A stretch of 64,000 nt of DNA, taken from NCBI GenBank assembly GCA_965249485.1, contig OZ252239.1:1344001-1408000 (forward strand). The letters are read 5' to 3'. The first letter of the stretch is position 1; every line of letters starts with the position of its first letter. The position numbers were made by a program, and so were the translations under genes. Positions 1 through 10,650 of the stretch are shown here, piece after piece. Origin of the DNA: a bacterium (GTDB taxonomy: Bacteria; SM23-31). The notes under the pieces are model-generated. The model did not search any database. It was not told where the DNA came from and saw nothing but the letters and a program-made list of their open reading frames with translations.

Positions 1-1424
1 AAAATATTCGGAATCAGATCACCGATTTTACACTCGACAACGGTATGACTTTTATTGTCATGGAGCGTCACGATGCACCCGTTGTCTCGTTTTTGACCTA
101 TGCCGATGTCGGATCTGTCAATGAAGTGAAAGGGATCACCGGAATATCGCACATATTTGAGCATATGGTATTTAAGGGGACAACGACAATCGGAACATCT
201 GATTATGCAGCAGAACAGCAGGCTATTGCAAAGGAGGAGGCCCTGTTTGCCACAATACTTGAAGAGCGTGAAAATGGGTCCCGGCAAGATGATGAACGGC
301 TTGAACGGCTTTATCAGGAATTAATTGCGGCTCAAAATGCTTCAAATGAGTTTGTGATTTCTGGAGAATATGAAAAAATTATCGAAGAGAACGGTGGTGT
401 CGGCCTTAATGCAGGTACCGGTGCGGATGTTACACAGTATTACTACAATCTTCCGTCCAATAAAGTTGAACTCTGGTTTTCGCTCGAATCTGACCGTTTC
501 GTAAATTTTGTTCTCAGAGAGTTTTATCAGGAAATGGATGTCATCAAGGAGGAAAGGCGCCTGCGTACTGAAAATAATCCAATCGGAAAGCTCGTGGAAG
601 AGTTTTTTGCCGTTGCTTACAAAGCACATCCTTATGGTGAACCGGTTGTCGGCCATATGTCTGACCTGAATCGGATTAACAGAAAACAGGCAGAGGACTA
701 TTTCAAGAAATACTACGCCCCATCAAACCTTTTTGCAGCAATTGTCGGTGATGTCGATGCCGACCGCATAAAAGAGTTAGCAGAAATCTACTTTGGGAGA
801 ATTCCTTCGGGAAAAAAATCGTCAATCTATGTACCTGAGGAACCGGTCCAGAATGGAGAGAGGAGAGTAACTATTGAAGATCCGTCACAGCCGGTTATTC
901 TGCTCGGCTATCATAAGCCTGATGTGAATCATCCCGACGATGCGGTGTACGATGCAATCTCCGATATTATCGGCAACGGCAGAAGTTCACGGCTTTATAC
1001 CTCACTCGTGAAAGAAAAAAGGATTGCAGCTACTGCCTATTCATTAACAGGATTGCCGGGACTCAAATATCCGAACCTTTTTCTATTCCTTGCCGTGCCT
1101 ACACCCGGCCATAGTAACCAGGAATGTGAGGAAGCAATTCTGGTGGAAATAGATCGTATTCAACGAGAACCAGTCACTGCCGAAGAATTGGAAGCGGTAA
1201 AAACAAGAGCAAAAGCCTCATTCATCTCGGGACTTCGATCTAATACAGGTATTGCGCAGGCACTTACAGCCACTCATGTATTGACCGGAGATTGGCAAAA
1301 TCTCTTTGACGAATTGGATAAGATCAACAGAGTGACTGCCGAAGATATTCAGCGTGTTGCACGTGATGTCTTTACAACCTCGAATAAAATCGTCGGTGAA
1401 TTGATTACCAGTGGTGAAAATTAA
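1..1424 (+). CDS. M16 (pitrilysin/insulinase) family zinc protease, catalytic subunit; 5' end lies outside the window
   Basis: HxxEH motif (HIFEH), LNAGT, HPYGEP. The frame is open back to the window edge (NIRNQITDFTLDNGM). Confidence 0.93.
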   Translation, partial: NIRNQITDFTLDNGMTFIVMERHDAPVVSFLTYADVGSVNEVKGITGISHIFEHMVFKGTTTIGTSDYAAEQQAIAKEEALFATILEERENGSRQDDERLERLYQELIAAQNASNEFVISGEYEKIIEENGGVGLNAGTGADVTQYYYNLPSNKVELWFSLESDRFVNFVLREFYQEMDVIKEERRLRTENNPIGKLVEEFFAVAYKAHPYGEPVVGHMSDLNRINRKQAEDYFKKYYAPSNLFAAIVGDVDADRIKELAEIYFGRIPSGKKSSIYVPEEPVQNGERRVTIEDPSQPVILLGYHKPDVNHPDDAVYDAISDIIGNGRSSRLYTSLVKEKRIAATAYSLTGLPGLKYPNLFLFLAVPTPGHSNQECEEAILVEIDRIQREPVTAEELEAVKTRAKASFISGLRSNTGIAQALTATHVLTGDWQNLFDELDKINRVTAEDIQRVARDVFTTSNKIVGELITSGEN

Positions 1425-1463
1425 GCAGATTACAACTCGATAGTCTAAATACAGGAACAGTAC

Positions 1464-1820
1464 ATGGAACGTTCAGGCCGATTTTATCCTCAGGAAATTA
1501 TGGATCTTCCTGAAGCCGATATTGCGTTCAATGGAGTTCAAGGTAAATTGCTTCAGGGTGATCAGAGTCAGCTTGTTTTTATGGAAATTGAGCCAGTTGG
1601 TGAAGTTCCGCCTCATAAACATGGTGCTCAATGGGGAATTGTCTTAGATGGAGAAATGCAGCTTACGATTGATGGTGTAACGAAAACCTACACACGAGGT
1701 GACCGGTATTACATTCCCGATGGTATAATCCATTCTGCGCTCTTTACCACTAAAGTGTATTTGATCGATTATTTTGCAGATAAAGACCGGTATTTGCCGT
1801 TGCACGCTTCCCCGGCATAG
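1464..1820 (+). CDS. Cupin domain protein
   Basis: Cupin motifs PPHKHGAQWGIVLDG and GDRYYIPDGIIHS. Confidence 0.85.
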   Translation: MERSGRFYPQEIMDLPEADIAFNGVQGKLLQGDQSQLVFMEIEPVGEVPPHKHGAQWGIVLDGEMQLTIDGVTKTYTRGDRYYIPDGIIHSALFTTKVYLIDYFADKDRYLPLHASPA

Positions 1821-1847
1821 TATTGCACAAAAAATCAATAGTGAAAG

Positions 1848-3293
1848 GTGAATATGGTTAGCAGGAATCTCAAGACGTTTTCCGTTTCTATAATGGTGTG
1901 TGTTTTCAGTGTCACAAGTCTGTCTTTCGCACAAAAAAGCCATAAAGAACTGATCTTTCCAAAACTGCGAGATGTTTCACTCCCGGAAATATTTGAGCGG
2001 ACTCTCGACAATGGTATGAAGCTTTTTCTCGTCGAAGATCACGATTTTCCGATTATTTCAATGACCGCATTGATCAGGACAGGATCACTCTACGAGCCTG
2101 CTGCCCAAACAGGACTTGCCTCTCTGACCGGACAGGTAATGCGGACGGGAGGAACAGATTCAATATCGGGCGATGAACTCGATGAATTTCTCGAAAACAG
2201 AGGGGCCTCAGTCGAAGTTTCGATTGGCTTGAACTCTGCTACTGCTTCTATGTTCAGTTTGAAGGAGAATCTGCAGGAGGTTCTCGAAACGTATGCGGAT
2301 GTGCTGATGAAACCTGCATTTCCCGAAGACAAGTTAGAACTGGCAAAGATTCAGACAATGACCGCAATCAGCAGAAGAAACGACAATATAGGCGCTATTG
2401 CGCAGCGGGAATTCAAAAAAATTATTTATGGTGCTGACAGTCCTTTTGCCCGCACAACAGAATATAAAACAATCGGTTTAATCTCCCGTGATGATTTACA
2501 AGAGTTTCATCAAAAATATTTTCATCCGAACAACACTATGGTAGGAATTATTGGAGACTTTGAAACGGATGAGATAGTCGAATATCTGAGCATTGTTTTT
2601 GGCTCATGGGAAAGGGGTAATATCGATTTTCCCGATAAACCAACTGTTGAATATGAGTTCAGGCCGGGAGTATATCTCATTGATAAAAAGGATGCTGTCC
2701 AGACGAACATTGTTCTCGGACATATTGGTATTACCCGTGATAATCCGGACTATTTTGCTGTCACCGTGATGAATTCAATTCTCGGTGGTGGATTCACGAG
2801 CAGACTTTTTTCGCGGGTCAGGACCCAGGAAGGGTTAGCTTATTCGATTAGAGGAGGCCTCGATTCTAACTACAACTATCCGGGAATGTTTAGTGCTGCT
2901 TGTCAGACGAAAACAGAAACAACGGTGAAAGCCAGCAAGATTATTCTTGAAGAAATTGAACGCCTCACAAACGAACCGATTACTAAAGAAGAATTGAATC
3001 TGGCAAAGGAAGGATTTCTCAACAGATTTGTATTTAATTTCGACTCCAAGTCCGAGGTGCTCAACAGGCTTCTAACCTATAAATACTTCGATTATCCGGA
3101 TGATTTTATTATTCAAATCAAGAACAATGTCGAAAAAGTAACTATCCGGGATGTGCAGCGGGTTGCGCAAAAATATCTGCATCCCGATATGGTGCAGCTT
3201 CTGTTTGTCGGGAATGCCGAATCATTCGATGAGCCGGTGTCGGAATTTGGAGAAGTAATCCAGGTCGATATAACGATTCCCGAACAGCAGTAG
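1848..3293 (+). CDS. M16 family peptidase, non-catalytic partner subunit, with signal peptide
   Basis: TLDNGMKLFL, GGGFTSRLFSRVRTQEGLAY. HxxEH is replaced (SLTGQ). N-terminal signal-like segment. Confidence 0.9.
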   Translation: MNMVSRNLKTFSVSIMVCVFSVTSLSFAQKSHKELIFPKLRDVSLPEIFERTLDNGMKLFLVEDHDFPIISMTALIRTGSLYEPAAQTGLASLTGQVMRTGGTDSISGDELDEFLENRGASVEVSIGLNSATASMFSLKENLQEVLETYADVLMKPAFPEDKLELAKIQTMTAISRRNDNIGAIAQREFKKIIYGADSPFARTTEYKTIGLISRDDLQEFHQKYFHPNNTMVGIIGDFETDEIVEYLSIVFGSWERGNIDFPDKPTVEYEFRPGVYLIDKKDAVQTNIVLGHIGITRDNPDYFAVTVMNSILGGGFTSRLFSRVRTQEGLAYSIRGGLDSNYNYPGMFSAACQTKTETTVKASKIILEEIERLTNEPITKEELNLAKEGFLNRFVFNFDSKSEVLNRLLTYKYFDYPDDFIIQIKNNVEKVTIRDVQRVAQKYLHPDMVQLLFVGNAESFDEPVSEFGEVIQVDITIPEQQ

Positions 3294-3351
3294 TAAATGT
3301 ACTTGGTAAAGAGTTAATTCAAAAGAAATTTTTTATATAATATTATATCTC

Positions 3352-4383
3352 ATGAATGTATCATGTGTCATATGTGGATTTGGTTATGTCGGGAAAGCGC
3401 TTGCACAGCTTCTGGAAGAACGTAGTGTGCTGCTCAAGGAGCAGTATGGAATTTCACTTACCTGTCCTGCAATTATTGCAAGCACCGGAGCAGCGGTCTC
3501 TGCTGAGGGTTTGCCATTGAGCAATATCGCCGAATATGTTCAAAACGGTAATAGGATTGATTCACACCCCAATTTCGGTCGGTCCGGCTATACATTGCAT
3601 GATGCGGTTTCGTCGTTCGAGCCGGGAATTGTGTTCGAAGTTACTCCGACAGATATCAAAACCGGGGAACCGGGATTGTCTCATTTTCAGCAAAGCATTC
3701 AACAGAAGTGGCACATAGCATCTGCTAACAAAGGGCCTCTTGTCCTCGGCATGAAGGAACTTAAAAGTGCAGCACATGATGCCGGAATCCAGATAAAGGT
3801 CAGCGGTGCAACAGCGGCCGCGTTGCCAACAGCCGATGTTGGGATTACTTGTCTTGCCGGAAGTACAATCTCCCGTATTGAAGGGATTGTGACCGGAACA
3901 GCCAATTTCCTCCTGGAACAAATGGCTGAGACAGGGCAGTCATATCATGAAGCACTCAAAAATGCACGGGAAATGGGAATATCGGAACCGGACCCAAGTC
4001 TCGATGTTGAGGGCTGGGACACTGCCTGTAAAATAATCATTCTTGCAAACGAACTTATGGATGGTACAGTTTCGTTGAGTGAAATGGAAATTGAAGGAAT
4101 AACCGGGTTGGATCCTGGAATGGTACAAGAGACAAAACAAAAAGGCCAGTCAATCAAACTACTCGGTGTCGCAGAAAAAAAAGGGGATTCTGTCCGAGCA
4201 TTTGTAAAACCGACAACCGTAGATAATACCCATCCTCTTTACACTGTCAACGGAACGGAAAAAGGGATTACCTTTACCACAGATACTATGGGAATAATAA
4301 CCGTAACAGGGGGTAAGGCAGGGCCTGTCGGGACGTCGGCGGCGCTCTTAAAAGATTTAATCAATATTTACCGGAAGAATTGA
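3352..4383 (+). CDS. hom: Homoserine dehydrogenase, short form without ACT domain
   Basis: GFGYVG Rossmann motif, ANKGPL, GIVTGTANF, EPDPSLDVEGWDTACK. Confidence 0.9.
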   Translation: MNVSCVICGFGYVGKALAQLLEERSVLLKEQYGISLTCPAIIASTGAAVSAEGLPLSNIAEYVQNGNRIDSHPNFGRSGYTLHDAVSSFEPGIVFEVTPTDIKTGEPGLSHFQQSIQQKWHIASANKGPLVLGMKELKSAAHDAGIQIKVSGATAAALPTADVGITCLAGSTISRIEGIVTGTANFLLEQMAETGQSYHEALKNAREMGISEPDPSLDVEGWDTACKIIILANELMDGTVSLSEMEIEGITGLDPGMVQETKQKGQSIKLLGVAEKKGDSVRAFVKPTTVDNTHPLYTVNGTEKGITFTTDTMGIITVTGGKAGPVGTSAALLKDLINIYRKN

Positions 4384-4398
4384 AATTCACTATACGCC

Positions 4399-6375
4399 AT
4401 GGGTTCTATACCGGTCAATCATACGAATACATCTCTTCTCAAAACTTCTCTCACTCTATTACAGAAAATCTGTACAGCATTGGCTGAATCTGATAAGGAT
4501 GAATCCTTTTCTGCTGATAAACTCTTCAAGAGGGGTACTGGCATACTGCTTACTTACTTGTTTGGTCAATGTCGGAACAACATTAATCAGTTTGAAATGC
4601 AATTTTTGTGTACACAAGATGGTTCAGTTAATGCAGTAGACAAAGCGATTCTCACCGAAATCCGGAATCAACACGCTACGATAGCTTTAAACATTGATAA
4701 TATTCCCGATTTATACGGGAAACTTATCAGGTATTCCGTGCAGTGTAGTAATAGGGTTATTGTCCTGAAAATCGGACAAATAGGGCGGAAAGAAGGAATT
4801 TACTACACGCCTGCCGAAATAACATCATTTATTGTCCATGAAACAATCTCACCGCTGGTTGACAATCGCAGACTTCATGAATTAAAGCGAATCCGTGTCT
4901 GTGATCCGGCAATGGGCACAGGAGCATTTTTACGACAGGCTGCATGGGAGCTCACAAATGCGTTTATAGAACAATCCGATAAAAAAAGCGGACAATCGTG
5001 GGATACATGGTATCGATATGTAGTCAAAAACTGTATCTACGGAATTGACAAAGATGAAACGGCCGTGAAAGTAACCCGCGTATACTTTGCTCACTCTGCG
5101 GGATTAGCATCGGATGAATTAAAACATTTTATTGCCGGGGACAGTCTGCTTAACGAATTGCCGGACAATTGGAAATTCGATGCGGTATTTGGCAACCCTC
5201 CGTGGGTGAGCTTCGGATTACGTGGAGTAAAACGAATTCCTCTTCAACTGAGCAGACAATACAGAAAACGTTTTTCCGAAACAGCCGAATACAAGTTATC
5301 AATATATACGCTTTTTATTGAACAAGCGTTGAAGATGACAGTAGAAGGAGGGTATCACGGATTTATTGTGCCCGACAGTTGGCTTATGGGGCGTTATTTT
5401 TCTAAACTTCGGTCATTTCTTATGGCAAATACAACGTTTCAACATCTTTATCTCATTAAGAATGATTTTTGGAAGGGTCCTCATGTCGGGAGATGTACTG
5501 TTTATGTAGTTAAAAAAGAAAAACCAGCTGGAAAGAGCGGATCTATTCCGGCAAACATTATTATTGATCCCGAAGATCTGCAATCTGGAAACAATCGGGA
5601 GATTCAACTTTCATTAACTAGAATTGGTTACAGATCGCGCCACCGGATTGTTGTCTATCCCGATGAAAAAAGCCGTAAAATCACTGAGCGGATGGAGGAT
5701 TGCGGCGATGTACTCAGCAATCATATTCGATTTTATAGCGGACTTATTGGGAAAAAGGGTAAGCAGAGTATAGTTATTACCAATGGTTTTAAGGATCATA
5801 GCATGGAAAATTACGGAAAGCTTATAGAATCAGGAAAAAATCTGAATCCAAATAGTGTTACATATACCGGATGTCATATATTGCACCAGCCGGGATTATA
5901 TAAGAGTGGTTATGACGTCGAAAAGTATGAAAATCCAAAATTGTTTGTTAATCAGACCGGATATGACCTAAAAGCCTGCTATGATGATCGGGGATTCTAT
6001 TGCCTGAATAATCTCCACATAGCATATCCGGTTCATGAACATACCGACCTGCGATTCTATGCAGCGCTCCTTAACAGCAGAGTTCTCAATTTCTATTACA
6101 AGATTATGTCAATGGAACATGGCAGAGCACTCGCCCAGACTGATATCGATTTTCTTCTGCAGCTTCCGCACGGGAAGGATGATAAATACCGGGGAGTAAT
6201 TCAGTACCTGATTGAGCAAAATAGTCAACAAAAAGTGGTTTACCATTCCAACGGGTCGATTAAGTATTCGTGGACCATACCCGAAGAAATCCAACAGGAG
6301 ATGGATGTCAATTTTATTAAATGGTATACCATCCCCTTATTATTCGCAAATAAAATTCTGAAAGATATTGCGTAA
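4399..6375 (+). CDS. N6-adenine DNA methyltransferase (gamma class, TaqI/Eco57I-like) with C-terminal target-recognition domain
   Basis: GIYYTP (motif X), DPAMGTG (motif I), GIDKD, GNPPW (motif IV), C-terminal ALLNSRVLNFYY TaqI_C-like region. Confidence 0.88.
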   Translation: MGSIPVNHTNTSLLKTSLTLLQKICTALAESDKDESFSADKLFKRGTGILLTYLFGQCRNNINQFEMQFLCTQDGSVNAVDKAILTEIRNQHATIALNIDNIPDLYGKLIRYSVQCSNRVIVLKIGQIGRKEGIYYTPAEITSFIVHETISPLVDNRRLHELKRIRVCDPAMGTGAFLRQAAWELTNAFIEQSDKKSGQSWDTWYRYVVKNCIYGIDKDETAVKVTRVYFAHSAGLASDELKHFIAGDSLLNELPDNWKFDAVFGNPPWVSFGLRGVKRIPLQLSRQYRKRFSETAEYKLSIYTLFIEQALKMTVEGGYHGFIVPDSWLMGRYFSKLRSFLMANTTFQHLYLIKNDFWKGPHVGRCTVYVVKKEKPAGKSGSIPANIIIDPEDLQSGNNREIQLSLTRIGYRSRHRIVVYPDEKSRKITERMEDCGDVLSNHIRFYSGLIGKKGKQSIVITNGFKDHSMENYGKLIESGKNLNPNSVTYTGCHILHQPGLYKSGYDVEKYENPKLFVNQTGYDLKACYDDRGFYCLNNLHIAYPVHEHTDLRFYAALLNSRVLNFYYKIMSMEHGRALAQTDIDFLLQLPHGKDDKYRGVIQYLIEQNSQQKVVYHSNGSIKYSWTIPEEIQQEMDVNFIKWYTIPLLFANKILKDIA

Positions 6376-6377
6376 TC

Positions 6378-8783
6378 TTATTTTTCTGATTTTTTTGCTT
6401 TCAGTCCGTTCAAGAGTGATTTCGGTGGTTTGTGGAGAGCGATTTCCAATACATCGTCAAGCTCTTTCACAAAGTGAAAGATCATTTTTCTTTTGATTTG
6501 TACTGGGATTTCAATAAGATCATTCCTGTTTTTTTCCGGTAAAATAACCTGCATAATTCCCGCGCGGTTTGCCGCAAGAACTTTTTCCTTGATACCCCCA
6601 ACGGGTAATACTAAACCGCGGAGGGTAATTTCACCGGTAAGCGCAATGTCGTTCCTCACTTTGGTACCCGTAATTAACGACACAAGAGCGGCAAGAATCG
6701 ATATTCCCGCAGATGGTCCATCCTTAGGAATAGCTCCGGACGGAACATGGATATGGATATCGGTCTTGTCGAATGGAAACTCTGTTAATTTCCACTGGTG
6801 TGCTTGCGATTTGACATAACTGAGTGCAGCTTGTGCAGACTCTTTCATGACGTCCCCAAGCTTACCAGTGAGTATTAAAACACCTTTACCCTGCATCTGA
6901 GTTGCCTCGATAAACAGAATATCACCGCCGGCAGGTGTCCATGCGAGACCTGTTGCAACACCCGTTTTCATTGTCCGTTCAGCTACATCGTAGAAGAACC
7001 GATCGGGGCCGAGATATTGTTTCAGATTTCTCTTTGTGATCACTGCTTTTTTAATTGATTTATCTACAATTCGCTTTGCGACTCCTCTGCACACCGATGC
7101 AATTTCCCTTTCGAGGTTTCTAACACCTGCTTCACGTGTGTATGCGCTGACAATCTGACCAACGGCAGATGATTTTAGCTCAATCTGTTTTTCGGTTAGG
7201 CCGTGTTCTCGCATCTGTTTCGGAACAAGGAACCGCATTGCAATTTGTTCTTTTTGCTCAGCCGTATAGCCTGGAAGATCGAGAACCTCCATTCTGTCCT
7301 TCAAGGCGGGTGGAATTGGGTCGGACAAATTTGCAGTCATTATAAACATAACTCGTGATAAATCACACGGGACATTCAAATAATGGTCAACAAATGAATC
7401 ATTCTGCTCCGGGTCGAGCACTTCGAGAAGGGCACTTGCTGGATCACCTCTGAAATCCTGGCCGACTTTATCAATTTCATCGAGCATAAATATAGGATTG
7501 ATGGCACTTGCTTTTTTGATTCCCTGAATAATCTTTCCGGGTAGCGCCCCAATATACGTCCTCCGGTGTCCGCGAATTTCTGCTTCGTCGTGAATTCCAC
7601 CGAGCGATATCCTGACAAATTTCCGGCCGAGCGCACGTGCTATCGATTTCCCAAGCGATGTTTTTCCAACACCCGGAGGTCCGATAAAGCAGAGAATCGG
7701 CCCTTTTTTACTTTTTCGTAGTTTTTGGACTGCGAGATATTCAAGGATACGTTTTTTTATCTTATCGAGACCATAATGGTCTTCATTAAGAATATTTTCG
7801 GCGTTGTCGATATTTAACCTGTCTTTTGTGTATGTTCCCCAAGGAATATCAGTGAGCCAGTCAAGATAGGTACGGGAAACAGTATATTCCGAAGATGAAG
7901 GAGGCATTTTTGACAGTCTGCTGATCTCTTTTAGAGCAACTTCTTTAACCTCCTCCGTCATTTTCGACGAATCAATTTTATCCGTCAATTCCTGAACTTC
8001 AACCGTGCGTTCGTCACTTTCCCCGAGTTCTTTTTGAATTGCTTTCATCTGTTCCCGGAGAAAATATTCTCTCTGGCTCTTATTGATTTCGCCCATAATC
8101 TTCGATTGGATCTTATTACCAAGCTCAAGAACATTTATTTCCTTAACGAGAAGCCGTGTAACTTTTTCAAGCCTGTGTTCAAGATTGACCGTTTCGAGGA
8201 TATCTTGCTTTTCCTGAGTAGAAATATTCAGACTCGATGAAATGATGTCGGCAACTCTCCCCGGTTCTTCGGTATTTGCTATGATCAAACCCTGTTCAGG
8301 AGAGAGATACGGAGCAAGATCGACTGCCTTCTGAAACATACCTCTTAAATTCGAGATCATTGCAAGAACAGTATCGTTATCGGTTAAATTTTGCTCTTCA
8401 ATCGTTTTAATTGATCCGGCAAAGTAGGGATCGACTGAAACAATCCTGTTAATTTTCATACGGTAAAGACCCTGAACAACAATATGCTGCGTCTGGTCGG
8501 GGAACTTTAAGACCTTCAGAATGAGTGCAATAGTCCCAAATTTAAAAATTTCATTTTTCTGCGGTTCTTCAACCGTTCCATCGATTTGTGTTACAAGTCC
8601 GATAATTTTATCGTTATCGAGGGCATGTTCAACAAGCTTAAGCGATTTTTCACGCCCGACAGAGAGTGGTATAACCTGTCTCGGATAGACAACTGTACTC
8701 CGCAGCGGCATAATCGCAACTTTCTTAGGAAGTTCAGCCGGATCGATATCGACCGTTTGTATAGGTTTGTCAAAAAATTCCAT
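6378..8783 (-). CDS. lon: ATP-dependent Lon protease
   Basis: LON N-domain, GPPGVGKTS, LDEIDK, PKDGPSAG catalytic Ser, VGGIKEK. Confidence 0.98.
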   Translation of the reverse strand: MEFFDKPIQTVDIDPAELPKKVAIMPLRSTVVYPRQVIPLSVGREKSLKLVEHALDNDKIIGLVTQIDGTVEEPQKNEIFKFGTIALILKVLKFPDQTQHIVVQGLYRMKINRIVSVDPYFAGSIKTIEEQNLTDNDTVLAMISNLRGMFQKAVDLAPYLSPEQGLIIANTEEPGRVADIISSSLNISTQEKQDILETVNLEHRLEKVTRLLVKEINVLELGNKIQSKIMGEINKSQREYFLREQMKAIQKELGESDERTVEVQELTDKIDSSKMTEEVKEVALKEISRLSKMPPSSSEYTVSRTYLDWLTDIPWGTYTKDRLNIDNAENILNEDHYGLDKIKKRILEYLAVQKLRKSKKGPILCFIGPPGVGKTSLGKSIARALGRKFVRISLGGIHDEAEIRGHRRTYIGALPGKIIQGIKKASAINPIFMLDEIDKVGQDFRGDPASALLEVLDPEQNDSFVDHYLNVPCDLSRVMFIMTANLSDPIPPALKDRMEVLDLPGYTAEQKEQIAMRFLVPKQMREHGLTEKQIELKSSAVGQIVSAYTREAGVRNLEREIASVCRGVAKRIVDKSIKKAVITKRNLKQYLGPDRFFYDVAERTMKTGVATGLAWTPAGGDILFIEATQMQGKGVLILTGKLGDVMKESAQAALSYVKSQAHQWKLTEFPFDKTDIHIHVPSGAIPKDGPSAGISILAALVSLITGTKVRNDIALTGEITLRGLVLPVGGIKEKVLAANRAGIMQVILPEKNRNDLIEIPVQIKRKMIFHFVKELDDVLEIALHKPPKSLLNGLKAKKSEK

Positions 8784-9006
8784 GAGATATATCCAAACTA
8801 TTTGAGCAAGTCTACTAAGATTTCAATGGATAACAGTATCGTTCACTAAGAGAAAATGTACCCAAATTAACTTAAAAATTCAACAGAAACTTTGAATAAA
8901 GAACACTAGTTTTTCACAAAACGAGTGCCCGATTTATGTTCTGTTTCTGTACAAGTAAATATTGCAGAAAAGGTAGAAAGTACAACTCTCCTATAGTGAA
9001 AATGTC

Positions 9007-9035
9007 TTGCGTTCGTTCTATAATTTAATTATGTT
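9007..9035 (+). promoter_or_regulatory. Candidate sigma70 promoter for the repeat-protein gene
   Basis: TTGCGT-N17-TATGTT about 55 bp before the ATG at 9089. Confidence 0.35.
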
Positions 9036-9088
9036 ACGCACTCATTCTTCCATAATTTCCTTTTCACTGTAACGTTGTAAAAATTCCT

Positions 9089-10570
9089 ATGACAAGTAAA
9101 AAAGCTGAACCACAAAGTGCTGATCCTGCTGTACAGGATTATGAACGAGCCATCGGGGCAAACAACTTCAAAAAAGCGCTTGAAATTACTCAAAAAAACA
9201 ACTTGGATGAAGCAAAAACTCAGCAGGCAGCTGAAGGTGAATATGCGTATCTCATGGAGCGAAAAGAATATCGAAATGCATTTGCATTCGGTGAAGAAAA
9301 CAATATTGCTCCTGAAAAAATCGGTGATTCAGCAGCAAAAGTGTTCCAGGATATGCTTGTCATGGGGAAGTATGATGAAGCCCGACGCATCTTTGAACAA
9401 TATGATATCGATACATCGCAGTTGATTACCGTTTTCATGGAAGCGTTCCAGAATATGGTGGTCGAAGGAAAAGTTGATAAGGCGCTCAATTTTATTGAAA
9501 GTTTTAATATTCCACCGGAAGATCTGAAAGATGGTCTGAAACAGGCATTCGGATTTCTACTCAGTAAGGACAAGTTCGATGATGCAAAGCAGCTCATGGA
9601 GCAGTTTAATCTCGATGAGAAAGATATTGAGTCACCGGTAAAAAGAGTCTATGACAGATTGATGACCAATAACCACTTTATAACCGCTGCCCATACTGCA
9701 AAATCGTTCAATATGTCGCAGGAAGCAGTCATTTTGGCCGGTTCCAAAGCGGTTGAAGAGTGTCTGGATCAAAACAAAATTGAAAATGCCGACGACCTGC
9801 GGAATAAATATGAAGTACCTGTTGAAAAAGTTGTAAAAGCAGCATTTAGTGCTTTTATAAGAGGTATTGAGAGAGGTGATATTCCCAATGCAACACTCGT
9901 TAAAAAGAGTTTTGAACTTTCTCCGAATCAGACCGCTCCTCATATTTTGAAAGTCTTCGTCAGACTCATGGAAGCAGAAAAATTGGATACGGCGATCGAG
10001 ATTAATAAAGAATATGATCTTCAACTTAAAGATATATTCAAACCGGTATTTATGCTTCTCATAAGTGATATGAAAAAAGGCCACTATAAACGGGCAACAC
10101 TGCTGATAAAAGAATTTTCTCTTCCTGAGGACAAAGTGGCTGAAGCGTGTCTGGCGTCTCTGAAGCAGAAAATGAGTGTATCAAATTATGAGGCGGCAAA
10201 AATCATTGCCGACACGTTTAAAATCAAAAAAGATGACTACATGCCGATTTTAGCGCAGTATATTAACGGATTTTGTGATAAATTTCAGTACGAAAAAGCC
10301 CTGTTTATTGCAAAAGAGTTCAAACTGAAAACACCCGAAGTTCAGAAAGCGGCATTCAAACAATTTGGCGTAAAACTCAAGGGTGGTTATTGCCGTGATG
10401 CAGTAAAATTGGTCAAGGAATTCAAACTTCCGAAAGAAGCTGTTCAAAAAAACGTGCTGCATTTGCTGGAAATTCTCGAAACTAAGAAAGAAGAGAAAAA
10501 AGTGGAGGCACTCAAATCGGCATTTGGCCTCCATAAAAAAGGGATGATCTCGAAGATCTTTGGAGTATAG
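9089..10570 (+). CDS. Alpha-solenoid protein of ~14 tandem 34-aa PPR/TPR-like repeats with an amphipathic C-terminal tail
   Basis: Gap-free 34-residue periodicity with recurring A at position 18 and F/Y-x-hydrophobic at 25-27. Ends KKGMISKIFGV. Confidence 0.75.
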   Translation: MTSKKAEPQSADPAVQDYERAIGANNFKKALEITQKNNLDEAKTQQAAEGEYAYLMERKEYRNAFAFGEENNIAPEKIGDSAAKVFQDMLVMGKYDEARRIFEQYDIDTSQLITVFMEAFQNMVVEGKVDKALNFIESFNIPPEDLKDGLKQAFGFLLSKDKFDDAKQLMEQFNLDEKDIESPVKRVYDRLMTNNHFITAAHTAKSFNMSQEAVILAGSKAVEECLDQNKIENADDLRNKYEVPVEKVVKAAFSAFIRGIERGDIPNATLVKKSFELSPNQTAPHILKVFVRLMEAEKLDTAIEINKEYDLQLKDIFKPVFMLLISDMKKGHYKRATLLIKEFSLPEDKVAEACLASLKQKMSVSNYEAAKIIADTFKIKKDDYMPILAQYINGFCDKFQYEKALFIAKEFKLKTPEVQKAAFKQFGVKLKGGYCRDAVKLVKEFKLPKEAVQKNVLHLLEILETKKEEKKVEALKSAFGLHKKGMISKIFGV

Positions 10571-10615
10571 TGCTTTTCAGCTTGAAAAGCGCACAATTAG
10601 TACTAAGTAATCAGC

Positions 10616-10650
10616 AAAAAATAATGTCCCGCTAAGCCGGGGCATTTTTT
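10616..10650. terminator. Bidirectional intrinsic terminator
   Basis: A-run, stem aatgtcccg/cggggcatt (one G-U pair), T-run, between convergent genes. Confidence 0.75.
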
